Positions 17,032 through 26,863 of a stretch of 64,000 nucleotides of DNA are shown one piece after another; position 1 is the first letter of the stretch, and each line of letters opens with the position of its first letter. The stretch spans positions 78,922-142,921 of the forward strand of contig JBAZYF010000004.1 in the NCBI GenBank assembly GCA_041659505.1, read 5' to 3'. The position numbers and the translations under genes are program-made. The stretch is from Parcubacteria group bacterium. GTDB taxonomy: Bacteria > Patescibacteriota > Minisyncoccia > Moranbacterales > UBA2206. The notes beneath the pieces were generated by a model that was given only the letters and a program-made list of their open reading frames with translations, ran no database searches and was not told the DNA's origin.

Positions 17032-18210
17032 CTAGGTCAAATATTTCTCCTTAAATTTCCCCTCCAAAATTTTCTCAATCTGTTTTTTGAATACATCCCG
17101 TCCGCCTAAGCCATAAACTATACTGGAAATTTTTGCGTCGCTATTGTCTCGCAAACTGACTGAAATTTCTGAATAGAGCGGTGGATGCGAACCAATTGAT
17201 TGCGCGCGATCCATTACAATTATTTCTTTGGCGTTTTTTAACGCAATTGCAATTTCCGAAAACGGAAACGGACGAAACAATTCAACCTTCAAAAGTCCAA
17301 CTTCCTCCCCTTTCTTGCGCAATTCATCAATCGCATCTTTGGCTGTGCCGGCGACTGAACCGATCAATACTAAAACTTTTTTCGCATCTTCTGTTTGGTA
17401 TTCTTCAAACAAAGTATATTTTCTTCCGCTAATTTTTTCATACTCTTTGGTGATCTTTAGATATTCTTCCGCCACTTTCTCCATCGCCTCTTCTTGATCA
17501 ATTTTGAATTCAAAATAGGACTCTTGCAGTGCCACCGGTCCATAAGTTACTGGATTTTCAATGTCGAGCAGTGAATGTTCCGGCTGATATTCCCCAATAA
17601 ATTTTTTGACAATTTGGGCGTCCAATATTTCTAAATTTTCCACAGAGTGTGAAGTATTGAAGCCATCCATAATCACCATCACCGGCAGTCCACACGCTTC
17701 CGCCAATTTCATCCCAATAATTGTTTTATCATAGACTTCTTGCGGATTCTCGCAAAAAATCTGCACCCAACCCGAATCACGAGAACCCATCACGTCGCTG
17801 TGATCACCGTGGATGCTAAGCGGAGCTGAGAGCGCACGCGCCGCCACAACCATCAGAATCGGCAAACGCATCCCGGAAGCCACATAGAGCATTTCGTGCA
17901 TGTACGCCAAGCCCTGTGAGCTTGTAGCGGTCACGGTGCGTGCTCCGGCGGCTGATGCGCCGATGGCCGCGCTCATTGCGCTGTGCTCTGATTCCACCTC
18001 AATCATTTCCGTCTCCACCTCGCCGTCCGCCACAAATTTAGCATACGTTTCGATGATTGGCGTCTGTGGGGTGATTGGATAAACCGGCATCACATCCGGC
18101 TCAATTTGTCTGAGAGCATAAGCCGCGGCATATCCCCCGGTCAATGCTAATTTTTGCCCCAGGGCACCCTCTCTTCCTTCGGAATTCACCTTGTTGTTAT
18201 TATTTGTCAT
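17032..18210 (-). CDS. porA: Pyruvate:ferredoxin oxidoreductase alpha subunit
   Basis: YPITPQT, VESEHSA, TATSSQGL, DHSD, DGF..SH. Confidence 0.95.
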   Translation of the reverse strand: MTNNNNKVNSEGREGALGQKLALTGGYAAAYALRQIEPDVMPVYPITPQTPIIETYAKFVADGEVETEMIEVESEHSAMSAAIGASAAGARTVTATSSQGLAYMHEMLYVASGMRLPILMVVAARALSAPLSIHGDHSDVMGSRDSGWVQIFCENPQEVYDKTIIGMKLAEACGLPVMVIMDGFNTSHSVENLEILDAQIVKKFIGEYQPEHSLLDIENPVTYGPVALQESYFEFKIDQEEAMEKVAEEYLKITKEYEKISGRKYTLFEEYQTEDAKKVLVLIGSVAGTAKDAIDELRKKGEEVGLLKVELFRPFPFSEIAIALKNAKEIIVMDRAQSIGSHPPLYSEISVSLRDNSDAKISSIVYGLGGRDVFKKQIEKILEGKFKEKYLT

Positions 18211-18213
18211 AAA

Positions 18214-18477
18214 CTAGTTCTTTTTCATAGTTATCGCTTTCACTGGGCAAACTTGCGCGCAAACACCACAGCCTTTGCAAAATTCATAATCAATATCCGC
18301 TTTATCCTTCTTATCGTCTTTATGTTTTTTCATCTCAATGCAGGCATCGGGACAAAACGGCACACAAGTCGTACAACCGATACATTTGTCCTTGTCCACT
18401 TCCGGCTTCATATACCGCCAAGAACCAGTCCGGGGAGATTTTTTGATATTATGTTTGATGATTGCGCCTTTTTCCAT
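18214..18477 (-). CDS. porD: Pyruvate:ferredoxin oxidoreductase delta subunit (2x4Fe-4S)
   Basis: TGSWR..KP, CIGCTTC...CP, CKGCGVC...CP; ATG at 18477 (the GTG at 18495 lies in a repeat). Confidence 0.92.
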   Translation of the reverse strand: MEKGAIIKHNIKKSPRTGSWRYMKPEVDKDKCIGCTTCVPFCPDACIEMKKHKDDKKDKADIDYEFCKGCGVCAQVCPVKAITMKKN

Positions 18478-18486
18478 AAAATTCGT

Positions 18487-18577
18487 CTGAACCACTGATT
18501 AGCACTGAGGGCACGTGATTTTACGTGAATAAAAATCAGTGAAATCAGGATAATCAGGTGCTAATCAGTGGTTCTGA
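18487..18577 (+). repeat. Family D element (CTGAACCAC...GTGGTTCTGA with 9-10 nt sub-repeats), copy 1
   Basis: AACCACTGATTAGCAC...GTGCTAATCAGTGGTT inverted ends with internal CTGATT/AATCAG reiterations. Confidence 0.85.
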
Positions 18578-18578
18578 T

Positions 18579-19148
18579 TTATATTGCGTCGTACGCCTTC
18601 TCAATCGCCAGGATATTTTTTTCACAATTCTCTTTGCCGATCTTATCTTCAAAAATTTTGCGGAATTCTTCCAAGATGCTTGCCAATTTCACGATTTCCG
18701 TCACTTTGATGATTTTCCCCAAGATTACTGTGTTCGGCCTGGGTTGCCCGACAATCGCCATAGAAATTCCATTAGCGTCGACGGCGTGAATTTTTCCTTC
18801 AAAACGGATAATATCTCTGATTTCGTGCGGATGTTTAGTAGAATTAATAATCAGTGCTTCATTCTTGTCCAAGCCTTCCGTCACCTTTTGACTCTCCAAA
18901 AGTGTATCATCCAAAACCACAACCACATCCGGATCAACTACCGGTTCTTTGGTGCGAATCGGTTTGTCAGAAATGCGCAAATAAGTCTTGGTCGGCGCAC
19001 CGCTCCGCTCAGGACCAAAATTGGGAAAAGTTTGCACGAAATTGCCTTCAGCAACCGCTGCCTGCGCAATAATTTCCGCGGCCGTCTTCGCCCCTTGCCC
19101 ACCCCGCGCAAAAAAGATAATCTCCATTGTGTCTTTATGATATTTCAT
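18579..19148 (-). CDS. porG: Pyruvate:ferredoxin oxidoreductase gamma subunit
   Basis: RGGQGAKTA, FGPERSGAP, PDVVVVLD, PNTVILG; start could be 19127. Confidence 0.92.
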   Translation of the reverse strand: MKYHKDTMEIIFFARGGQGAKTAAEIIAQAAVAEGNFVQTFPNFGPERSGAPTKTYLRISDKPIRTKEPVVDPDVVVVLDDTLLESQKVTEGLDKNEALIINSTKHPHEIRDIIRFEGKIHAVDANGISMAIVGQPRPNTVILGKIIKVTEIVKLASILEEFRKIFEDKIGKENCEKNILAIEKAYDAI

Positions 19149-19180
19149 AGGATTAGTATAGCATAAAATTTAAATTGGTT

Positions 19181-19315
19181 GTAGAGACGAGGCATTGCCT
19201 CGTCTTGGCATTATTGGTTTATGCTCTAATATTGTTTGTTTTTTAGACGAGGTGGTGCCTCGTCTCTACAATTATTGCTAGGCACAAAAAAGACGCCCCA
19301 ACGGGGCGTCTCTAC
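19181..19315. repeat. Cluster of three GTAG-type REPs (inverted doublet plus single), family G
   Basis: GTAGAGACGAGGCATTGCCTCGTCT (19181-19205), AGACGAGGTGGTGCCTCGTCTCTAC (19245-19269), AGACGCCCCAACGGGGCGTCTCTAC (19291-19315). Confidence 0.88.
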
Positions 19316-19335
19316 ATAAGCCTAATATTTATATT

Positions 19336-20391
19336 TTATTTTGCCAATTCCGCATCAATCGAAGTTTTTAGTTGATCATAGGAAACTGCGCCTTCTTGGA
19401 ACTGATCATTGACGAAAACGCCAGGTGTTCCGGAGATACCGAAACTTTCCGCTTCTTTTTTGTCAGCATCAATCATGTCTTGATGTTTTTTATTGTCCAA
19501 GCAATCATTGAATTTGCCACTATCTAGTTTCAAAACTCTGGCATATTCTTTGAATTTCGCCGTATCTTTTGTTGCTCCCCAGATAGTCTGATCAGCATAT
19601 AATTTGTCAGCATATTCCCAGAATTTTCCTTGATCCAAGGCGCAAGTTGCGGCCAATGCGGCGTTGTTGGCTTGCGGATGCGTGTCAGTCAGTGGATAGA
19701 ATTTATAATCAAAGGCAACGCGGTCGCCATAATTTTTGATCGCATCTTCCATTGCTTTGTGAAAAATCTTGCAATATGGACATTGGAAATCAGAATAAAC
19801 CACCACTTTCACCTTAGCATCTTTCGCTCCTGCTACCGCATCGCCATCATTTATTTTTGGAGTTGTGACATATTTACCGACTGGGATACCAATATCTCCG
19901 GTTCGCAAAGAATATTGATCACCTTTCTGATCAAAAAGCGTCTGCGCTTGAGCATAGAAATCAGTCTTCGCAACAGCACCATCAAAAACAAACGCGGGCA
20001 AAGTTTTAATGCCGAACTTATCAATCAGATCTTTTCCTTGATCGGATTTATAGTCCACTTTCTCGGTCGCGATGGTCGGTACGATCCGTCGCAGCCACAC
20101 CAAAACCTCAGAAACATTACATTTTTCACAAGAGTCATCATTGATCACGGACACTGTAACGGCCGGTTCGCTGTAAGCCACCCACGTTTTTCCGTTGGCT
20201 TCAAAAATATCTGATTTACTGAGATTTTTGGATGAAAAACCGCTCTTTTGCACAAGTTGGGCAGTGTCAATAAAAAGGCTGCCGAGGAACATTCCCAAAA
20301 GTAAAATGACGGCAGAAATTAAATTTTGCTGCTTTTTTTTCTGCTCCGCCTTTTCGTCAGCTTCTAGCTCTTTTTGCATATCATCTTCCAT
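19336..20391 (-). CDS. Membrane-anchored DsbA/BdbD-like thioredoxin-fold protein with an extra CxxC domain
   Basis: SDFQCPYC, GISGTP, upstream CEKC. Confidence 0.88.
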   Translation of the reverse strand: MEDDMQKELEADEKAEQKKKQQNLISAVILLLGMFLGSLFIDTAQLVQKSGFSSKNLSKSDIFEANGKTWVAYSEPAVTVSVINDDSCEKCNVSEVLVWLRRIVPTIATEKVDYKSDQGKDLIDKFGIKTLPAFVFDGAVAKTDFYAQAQTLFDQKGDQYSLRTGDIGIPVGKYVTTPKINDGDAVAGAKDAKVKVVVYSDFQCPYCKIFHKAMEDAIKNYGDRVAFDYKFYPLTDTHPQANNAALAATCALDQGKFWEYADKLYADQTIWGATKDTAKFKEYARVLKLDSGKFNDCLDNKKHQDMIDADKKEAESFGISGTPGVFVNDQFQEGAVSYDQLKTSIDAELAK

Positions 20392-20427
20392 AAAGTTGAA
20401 TTAGGATTGATTATTATTTAAAAAAAA

Positions 20428-20922
20428 TTAAATTCCCGTTGAGTTACTTACTGCTCCGCCTTGATCAGATTGCCCATCAGTATCAACAGGTGCGCTTCCT
20501 GGGTCTGCCGTATTACCAGAATCATCCGTAGCGCCAGAGTCAGGCAGAGTTCCTTGCTGCTGAGTTTGCGCTTGCGTCGCGGCGTCTCTTTCTGCTTGCA
20601 ACTTCACCTGAACATCATTAATGTTATAACTCTGCGATTTAATCTTCATTAGATAATCATCATAGCCAATCGTGATTTTTTTAAGTGCCTCAGTTTTGAG
20701 TGCGATGCCGATGAGAAATCCTAAAACAAAAACCAACATCAGACGTGAACGAAATTCTGATTTAGTTTTTTTAGCAACGTCTTCTTCATCCAATTCGTCC
20801 AATCCAACAAAAGCATCTTCCGGTTTTTCTACATTCTCAGTTATATCCTTTTGCACACCATTATTTACAGTCCCAGAAACGATTTGCGCTTCCTGAATCT
20901 TACCCTCTTCGTTAGTTTCCAT
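20428..20922 (-). CDS. Hypothetical single-pass membrane protein
   Basis: One hydrophobic helix, ITIGYDDY, low-complexity acidic tail. Confidence 0.65.
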   Translation of the reverse strand: METNEEGKIQEAQIVSGTVNNGVQKDITENVEKPEDAFVGLDELDEEDVAKKTKSEFRSRLMLVFVLGFLIGIALKTEALKKITIGYDDYLMKIKSQSYNINDVQVKLQAERDAATQAQTQQQGTLPDSGATDDSGNTADPGSAPVDTDGQSDQGGAVSNSTGI

Positions 20923-20935
20923 AATTTTCAGTCCA

Positions 20936-21102
20936 TGTCATTCCCGCAAAGGCGGGAATCCAGGTTCCACTAGTTTTAAATTTTAGAAAACCGAATTATA
21001 AATCTTCTAGCTTTTTATTATATAAAGTTTATTTCAAAATAATTTGTTTTATCGATATTTTTAGCCTGAGGTGCCTGGATCCCCGCCTTCGCGGGGATGA
21101 CA
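20936..21102 (+). repeat. Family A element, copy 3
   Basis: Same ends as 2601-2757. Confidence 0.9.
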
Positions 21103-21137
21103 CATTAAGATTTCCTTTTTAGCAGTCTACCACAAAC

Positions 21138-21164
21138 AAAAAAGCGCTACAACTTGCGCTTTTT
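21138..21164. terminator. Putative terminator of the ABC operon
   Basis: AAAAAAGCGC-loop-GCGCTTTTT. Confidence 0.5.
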
Positions 21165-21188
21165 GGGATTTATTGTGTAATTTTATTC

Positions 21189-22442
21189 CTAATCTTTCCT
21201 GAGCGCCTCCATCGGACTGAGCCGTGAAGCGGCGCGGGCGGGATAGTAGCCAAAAACTACACCAGTTGCCACGGAAAATCCAACAGCCAGGCTAATTGAG
21301 CTCACACTCAGGCCAAAGTTAATCGCAAAACCGAACGATGCGACGATGTAGGATAGCAATAGCAATAGTAGATAACCTAAAATTATTCCCACGAGGCCAC
21401 CGAAAAAGGTGATGAAAATCGCTTCCCAAAGAAACTGGCGCAAAATATTTTTCGCTTTGGCGCCAACCGCTTTTCGCAGACCGATCTCGAAGGTGCGCTC
21501 CGTTACTGCCACATACATCACATTCATAATTCCCACACCGCCCACCACCAGAGAAATCGAAGTCAGTGCCAAGAGTAAAATATTGATCGTGCTAAACACA
21601 CTGGCAATCGTCGCCTGCGCTTCTTTGATGGAAGTTACACCAAAATCATCCTTGTTCGGGTCAGTGATTTTATGCAGTCGTCGCATCTCATCCGTTAGAT
21701 CGGCCACAGTCACATCAATCATTTTTTCGTCCTTGACTTTGACCATGATAAAACGGACATAATCAATACCGAGCAGTTTTTTTTGCATCGTCTGCACCGG
21801 AACATAAATCAAATCGTCATAGTTGAAACCCGCCACCGCTCCCCGCTCAGAAGCCAAGCCCACCACCTTATAGTTTTGGTTACTAATGCGGATATTTTTC
21901 CCCAACGGATCATCCGAACCAAAAAAAGCATCGCGAATATTGCTACCAATTACGGCCACTTGCGCCAAACTCTCATCATCACTCTGCGAAAAAAATGCGC
22001 CTTCGGACAGTTTCGTACTTTGATCAATTTGATTATACTGCGCTCCGACACCAAACAGAAAAACGCGTTTATTGGTATTTTGATAGGTGGCTAATTCTTG
22101 CGTCATTGTGCCTGGGGCAGATGCAGCAATATTAGGCAATTTGGCAATATCTTTCGCATCATCAATTGTCATCGTCGTAATCTGAATTCCCGTTGCTTGA
22201 CCAACTGCATTTTGCGTCGACGCCTTTCCCGTCGCCGGCACTTTTACTTCGATCTGAATCAGATCCGTTCCGAAGGCACCAACTTGATCTAAAATAAAAT
22301 TTTTCACACCCTGCCCCAACGAGCTCACCAAAATCACAGCAATCACACCAATCACCACTCCAACCAAAGTCAAAATCGTCCGCCCTAGATTAGAGCGAAG
22401 ATTTTTGAAGGCTAGTTTGATTGAAATGATTAGTTCATGCAT
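21189..22442 (-). CDS. MacB/FtsX-family ABC permease
   Basis: RTILTLVGVVIG, GGVGIMNVM..ERTFEIGLRKAVGA, PARAASRLSPMEALR. Confidence 0.93.
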   Translation of the reverse strand: MHELIISIKLAFKNLRSNLGRTILTLVGVVIGVIAVILVSSLGQGVKNFILDQVGAFGTDLIQIEVKVPATGKASTQNAVGQATGIQITTMTIDDAKDIAKLPNIAASAPGTMTQELATYQNTNKRVFLFGVGAQYNQIDQSTKLSEGAFFSQSDDESLAQVAVIGSNIRDAFFGSDDPLGKNIRISNQNYKVVGLASERGAVAGFNYDDLIYVPVQTMQKKLLGIDYVRFIMVKVKDEKMIDVTVADLTDEMRRLHKITDPNKDDFGVTSIKEAQATIASVFSTINILLLALTSISLVVGGVGIMNVMYVAVTERTFEIGLRKAVGAKAKNILRQFLWEAIFITFFGGLVGIILGYLLLLLLSYIVASFGFAINFGLSVSSISLAVGFSVATGVVFGYYPARAASRLSPMEALRKD

Positions 22443-22450
22443 AAAAAATA

Positions 22451-23692
22451 TTACTCATATCTAAGTGCTTCCATCGGACTTATTTTTGATGCTTTGCGGG
22501 CAGGGTAGATTCCAAAAATTAGTCCAATCGCAACTGAGACAGATGTGGCCAGGAGCATTGAACTGAGCGTGACGATAAATTCCCAGTCGTAGCCGAGACT
22601 TTTTATGATAACGGCTGCTAAAAATGAAACAAATATGCCAAAAATGATCCCCAGGATTCCGCCGATCAGTGTGATGAAAATCGCTTCGATCAAAAACTGA
22701 GAGATGATGTGCACATTTCTGGCACCGACTGCTTTTCGCAAACCTACTTCCCGCACCCGCTGATTGACCGAGATAAGCATAATATTCATAATTCCCACTC
22801 CGCCAACAACAAGTGAAATGGCCGCAACAGCGGTGAGAAAATATTTGAGCACATTAGTTACGGTCGTAAGCGTCTCAACTGCTTGAGCGCTGTTGCGCAC
22901 AGAAAAATCATCACTGGCATCGGCTTTAATCCGGTGTTGTTCACGCAAGGTCGTTTTAACATCCGCCACGGCGCGATCAAGATTGTCCTTGGAATCAACT
23001 TTGATGCGCATAAAGTTGAGATAATCGATTCCGAGCAATAACTTTTGCCCAGTAAAAAGCGGGACGTAAATCATATCATCCGTGTTAGAAAAACCGACCG
23101 ACCCTCGCTCTGCCAAAACTCCAACTACCGTCAGATTCACATCTTTCAAAGTGAACGTTTTCCCAATCGGATCGACATTCGGAAAAAGATCATGTACGCG
23201 ATTCGATCCCAGCACGGCAACATGTGCCAAATTCGTATCTTCATCTTTCATAAAAAATCGTCCAGCTTGCAATTTAATATCTTCAACATCCAAGAGACTG
23301 GATGAAACGCCTTGATAGCTGGTCTGATATGAGCCATTGGCATTTTTGACCGTGGCTGATCCACTGACATAAGCGACAGCATCGACCAAATTCGGTACAT
23401 TGCGTTTTTGTTCCAAGGCGACCAGATCAGCATATTTCAAAGTGGTCACTACAATTCCCATCGCCGACGCTGGTGGACCTTTTTCGTCTGAGGCACCAGG
23501 CAAAACTCCGATCAAATTCGATCCGACACCAGAAACTTGATTGAGAATCAATTTTTGCGCACTCCCACCAATTGCCATCACCACAATTACCGAGGCAATA
23601 CCGATAATGATTCCCAGAATCGTCAAAAAAGAGCGGAGCTTGGCCGCCAACAAATATTTCGCTGAAATTTTAATGGGAGAATATATATTCAT
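22451..23692 (-). CDS. MacB/FtsX-family ABC permease
   Basis: RSFLTILGIIIG, GGVGIMNIML, PARKASKISPMEALRYE. Confidence 0.93.
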   Translation of the reverse strand: MNIYSPIKISAKYLLAAKLRSFLTILGIIIGIASVIVVMAIGGSAQKLILNQVSGVGSNLIGVLPGASDEKGPPASAMGIVVTTLKYADLVALEQKRNVPNLVDAVAYVSGSATVKNANGSYQTSYQGVSSSLLDVEDIKLQAGRFFMKDEDTNLAHVAVLGSNRVHDLFPNVDPIGKTFTLKDVNLTVVGVLAERGSVGFSNTDDMIYVPLFTGQKLLLGIDYLNFMRIKVDSKDNLDRAVADVKTTLREQHRIKADASDDFSVRNSAQAVETLTTVTNVLKYFLTAVAAISLVVGGVGIMNIMLISVNQRVREVGLRKAVGARNVHIISQFLIEAIFITLIGGILGIIFGIFVSFLAAVIIKSLGYDWEFIVTLSSMLLATSVSVAIGLIFGIYPARKASKISPMEALRYE

Positions 23693-23697
23693 AAAGT

Positions 23698-23797
23698 CTG
23701 AACCACAAGATTAGCACTGATTTTCCTGATTGCACGTGATTATGGTTTTTAAAATTCAGTGAAATCAAGTGTAATCAGTGATAATCAGTGGTTCTGA
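23698..23797 (+). repeat. Family D element, copy 2
   Basis: CTGAACCACAAGATTAGCAC...ATAATCAGTGGTTCTGA. Confidence 0.85.
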
Positions 23798-24526
23798 TTA
23801 TTTCAATAACTCATTCTCTCCATCCGCAATCCGCCGATGCTTCACCGGGTCATCAGCAATAATACTGCCGTCTTTGACGTAGATAATACGTTTGGCGTGT
23901 TCGGCAGTATATGTTTCATGCGTGACTAAAATTACGGTATGTCCTGTGTCATTCAGTTTTTGTAAAATCCGCATCACCTGGAGGCCGGATTTCGAGTCCA
24001 AGTTCCCTGTCGGTTCATCAGCAAAAATCACTTCCGGATCATTGACCAGCGCCCGCGCAATTGCCACGCGTTGCTTTTCGCCGCCCGAGAGTTGATTGGA
24101 AAAATATTTCGCGCGATGCTCCATCCCAACAGCCAACAGCGCATCCATCACTTTTTTTTCATTGCTTTTTCCCGGCTTTTCATCATAGAGCAAGGGCAAC
24201 TCCACATTTTCAAAAACCGAAGTGCGAGAAAGTAAATTAAAAGATTGAAAAACAAAACCAATCTTTTTGTTCCGGATTTTCGCCAACGTATCATCATCGA
24301 AAGAAAAAGTGTCACGTCCTTCAAAAAAATATTTCCCTTCCGTCGGCCGGTCAAGTAGTCCCAAAATTTGCATCAAAGTCGATTTACCGGAACCGGACGG
24401 ACCCATGATGGAAATAAATTCCCCTTTTTGAATTTCAAAGGTCGCGCCACAAAGCGCCCGCGTTTCCACGCCTTCACTGGAATAAGTTTTACAAAGATTT
24501 TGAACTTGAATTAGGGGGTTTGACAT
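23798..24526 (-). CDS. ABC transporter ATP-binding protein (MacB/LolD type)
   Basis: GPSGSGKST, LSGGEKQR, ADEPTGNLD, VTHE. Confidence 0.95.
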   Translation of the reverse strand: MSNPLIQVQNLCKTYSSEGVETRALCGATFEIQKGEFISIMGPSGSGKSTLMQILGLLDRPTEGKYFFEGRDTFSFDDDTLAKIRNKKIGFVFQSFNLLSRTSVFENVELPLLYDEKPGKSNEKKVMDALLAVGMEHRAKYFSNQLSGGEKQRVAIARALVNDPEVIFADEPTGNLDSKSGLQVMRILQKLNDTGHTVILVTHETYTAEHAKRIIYVKDGSIIADDPVKHRRIADGENELLK

Positions 24527-24605
24527 AAAAAATGATTAGACTATTATGAAGTCAAGGGGAAAGTTGTTTTAACACAAACACAAACTAAGGTGAAGGAGGT
24601 AATCT

Positions 24606-24767
24606 ATGCCTGGCGTAATCTTCTACATCAAAGACAGAGGGGGGAAAGATGGCATTCCAGAAACTCCGCAATGGCCACACGGTGCATATAATATTCCTAC
24701 CGTTGCGGAAAAATCAAACGACGACAGGTCAAATCAAAATGACCCGCAAAAATCAACGCACCAATAA
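24606..24767 (+). CDS. Putative small protein (53 aa), below the ORF-track cutoff
   Basis: AAGGAGGT SD at 24593-24600, ATG at 24606; MPGVIFYIKDRGGKDGIPETPQWPHGAYNIPTVAEKSNDDRSNQNDPQKSTHQ*. Confidence 0.45.
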   Translation: MPGVIFYIKDRGGKDGIPETPQWPHGAYNIPTVAEKSNDDRSNQNDPQKSTHQ

Positions 24768-24850
24768 CCGTCGCCCAATAGCGACAAGAGCATATCCATG
24801 CGTCAGCAAAAAATTGCTACGAACAACATGGATGTGCTTTTTCTTTTTGT

Positions 24851-24947
24851 CTGAACCACTGATTCTCACTGAGTGCACGTGATTTCACTGAATTTAGAAT
24901 TCAATCATGTGTAATCAGTAAAATCATGTGCTAATCAGTGGTTCTGA
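24851..24947 (+). repeat. Family D element, copy 3
   Basis: CTGAACCACTGATT...GTGCTAATCAGTGGTTCTGA. Confidence 0.85.
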
Positions 24948-24950
24948 TAA

Positions 24951-26249
24951 TTAGACCGCTTTTGTAAAAGTAACCACTTTGTCCCCGGCGTTCAGGCCAG
25001 ATTTCACTTCCACCATTCCCCCATCACCCTCGAGACCGGTAGTAATTTTCACTTCTTGTGTCGTGTTGTCCGCTTTCAAAACATCTACGAATTTTTCCCC
25101 ATTCACAATTTTAATTGCGCGCAGAGGAATCATCAGTGCGTCCGCCTTGTCATTCGTCTTAACATCGATGTTCGCGCTCATGCCAACCTTCAACCGTTGA
25201 TCAAAATTTGCCAGTCTCAACTTAACTCCATAATAAACCACATCTTGAATGACGGTTTCGGCCGGATCGATCTGGATTAATTCCGCATCAAAATTTGTGT
25301 CCGCCGGAAGCGCATCGAAAGTGATATTTGCCTTTTGCCCCAACTTCAATTTTACGATGTCCGATTCGGGGATATTTGATTCAATGATAAAATCATCAGT
25401 GATGATGCGCGCGAAAGATTCCTTGATCACGCCAGTGCCCAAGATTTCTCCCACCTTATTGTTCACCTCAACAATCGTTCCAGAGACAGGCGCTTTGAGC
25501 ACGGCCTTGGACAGATCATTAAGTGCCACTTCATATCCGGCTTTCGCACTATTTACCTGAGCATTCTTCGAATCACGTGTAAAGTCCGACTGAGTCGTTT
25601 TGAGCCTGGCTTTCGCCGCATCGACAGAATTTTCCGCCTGCGTAACTGAAAGATCACGAGATTTTTTGGCCGTATCGAGAGCTTCCTGAGCTGATTCCTT
25701 AGCATTAAGCGCTTGAGTCAAGGTCAATTTATTGGCCTTACTCGGAGTATCGTCATAAAAAGCCTGCGCGTCGTCATAGTAATCCTTAGCATTGGAATAG
25801 GCGGAATCTGCCGCGTCGACTTGTTGCTTTTGCAGATCTTTTGTGTCATCCAAGCTGTTTTCCGCATTATCAACCGCCACCTGAGCTTCGCGAACTGCAT
25901 CATTATTTGAGCCTGCATCGGCAGTGGCTTTGTCCAGTGCCGCTTTCGCCTGAGCAACTTGCCCAGACAGATCTGTGCTGTCCAGCATCGCGATCGAATC
26001 ACCAATCGCTACCTTGTCGCCTTTTTTGACATATATCTTACTGATCCTACCGCCCAATTCAAAATTGAGCACAATCTCTGAATCATCTTTCAGATCCCCA
26101 GTCGCAGAAACTGTTTGCGCCAAATTACCCCTCTCCACTGTCGCGGTCGTATATTCAACTTTTGGCTTTTTAGACCGCGCGTAGAAAAAGTAGCCAACAG
26201 CAATAATCAGTATGAGTATAAATGCAATGGTTTTTTTGTATTTTAGCAT
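24951..26249 (-). CDS. Periplasmic adaptor / membrane fusion protein (MacA/HlyD family)
   Basis: N-terminal TM, ERGNL..TVSATG, coiled coil, LKAPVSGTI, GMSANIDV; ATG at 26249 (the GTG at 26264 is at the repeat edge). Confidence 0.9.
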   Translation of the reverse strand: MLKYKKTIAFILILIIAVGYFFYARSKKPKVEYTTATVERGNLAQTVSATGDLKDDSEIVLNFELGGRISKIYVKKGDKVAIGDSIAMLDSTDLSGQVAQAKAALDKATADAGSNNDAVREAQVAVDNAENSLDDTKDLQKQQVDAADSAYSNAKDYYDDAQAFYDDTPSKANKLTLTQALNAKESAQEALDTAKKSRDLSVTQAENSVDAAKARLKTTQSDFTRDSKNAQVNSAKAGYEVALNDLSKAVLKAPVSGTIVEVNNKVGEILGTGVIKESFARIITDDFIIESNIPESDIVKLKLGQKANITFDALPADTNFDAELIQIDPAETVIQDVVYYGVKLRLANFDQRLKVGMSANIDVKTNDKADALMIPLRAIKIVNGEKFVDVLKADNTTQEVKITTGLEGDGGMVEVKSGLNAGDKVVTFTKAV

Positions 26250-26263
26250 CTTTTTTAGTCTCA

Positions 26264-26412
26264 CTTCTCCCTTAGGGAGAAGGTGGCCGAAGGCCGGATG
26301 AGGGAGAAGCCTTTCTGTGTAGGAAAAACTTATTTTATAGATAGGTTACTGTTTATTTTTAGCCCTTTCCCTCACCTGTCCTCCGGACATCCTCTCCCTA
26401 AGGGAGAGGAGG
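26264..26412 (+). repeat. Family F element, copy 2
   Basis: CTTCTCCCTTAGGGAGAAGGTGGCCGAAGGCCGGATGAGGG...CCCTCACCTGTCCTCCGGACATCCTCTCCCTAAGGGAGAGG. Confidence 0.88.
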
Positions 26413-26421
26413 AATTAAATT

Positions 26422-26859
26422 TTAGTTTTCATAATAACTTTTTTGAGTTTTTTCACAGTCTAGCGCCTGATTTACCAACGCATCGGCAACAGTATTTTTC
26501 TCCCTAGGTATATGATAGAACTTTACCGATTTAAAATCAAGCGTGAGATTCCATATTTCGATGAAATTTTTCTGAATATATTCCTCTTTCAACTTATATT
26601 CATGATTGAGTTGCTTGACGACCAATTCTGAGTCCAAATAACATTCAATGGTATATTGTCTAGCCTTGTCTTTGCCTAAAAGCTGTTTCAATTTTTTGAG
26701 ACCAAAAATTAGCGCGGCATATTCCGCCACATTGTTCGTAGCGACACCGATACACTCGCCGTATTTTTTATTTAGCGTTTCTATCCAGACGCCAATTCCA
26801 GCCTGACCAGGATTACCTCGCGATCCGCCATCGGTAAACATTACGATTTTTTCTGACAT
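26422..26859 (-). CDS. rnhA: Ribonuclease HI family protein
   Basis: TDGGSRGNPG, TNNVAEY, DSELVVKQ, HIPREKN..AD. Confidence 0.92.
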   Translation of the reverse strand: MSEKIVMFTDGGSRGNPGQAGIGVWIETLNKKYGECIGVATNNVAEYAALIFGLKKLKQLLGKDKARQYTIECYLDSELVVKQLNHEYKLKEEYIQKNFIEIWNLTLDFKSVKFYHIPREKNTVADALVNQALDCEKTQKSYYEN

Positions 26860-26863
26860 ATTT

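Noticed and set aside
18156-18186. Possible repeat insertion in the PorA N-terminus (NSEGREGALGQ)
   Set aside because: GC-rich and odd-looking, but with no clear palindrome and no second copy in the window.
24649-24882. 77-aa ORF from the track in the ABC operon gap
   Set aside because: Runs into the family D repeat and has a weaker start context than the overlapping 24606-24767 frame.
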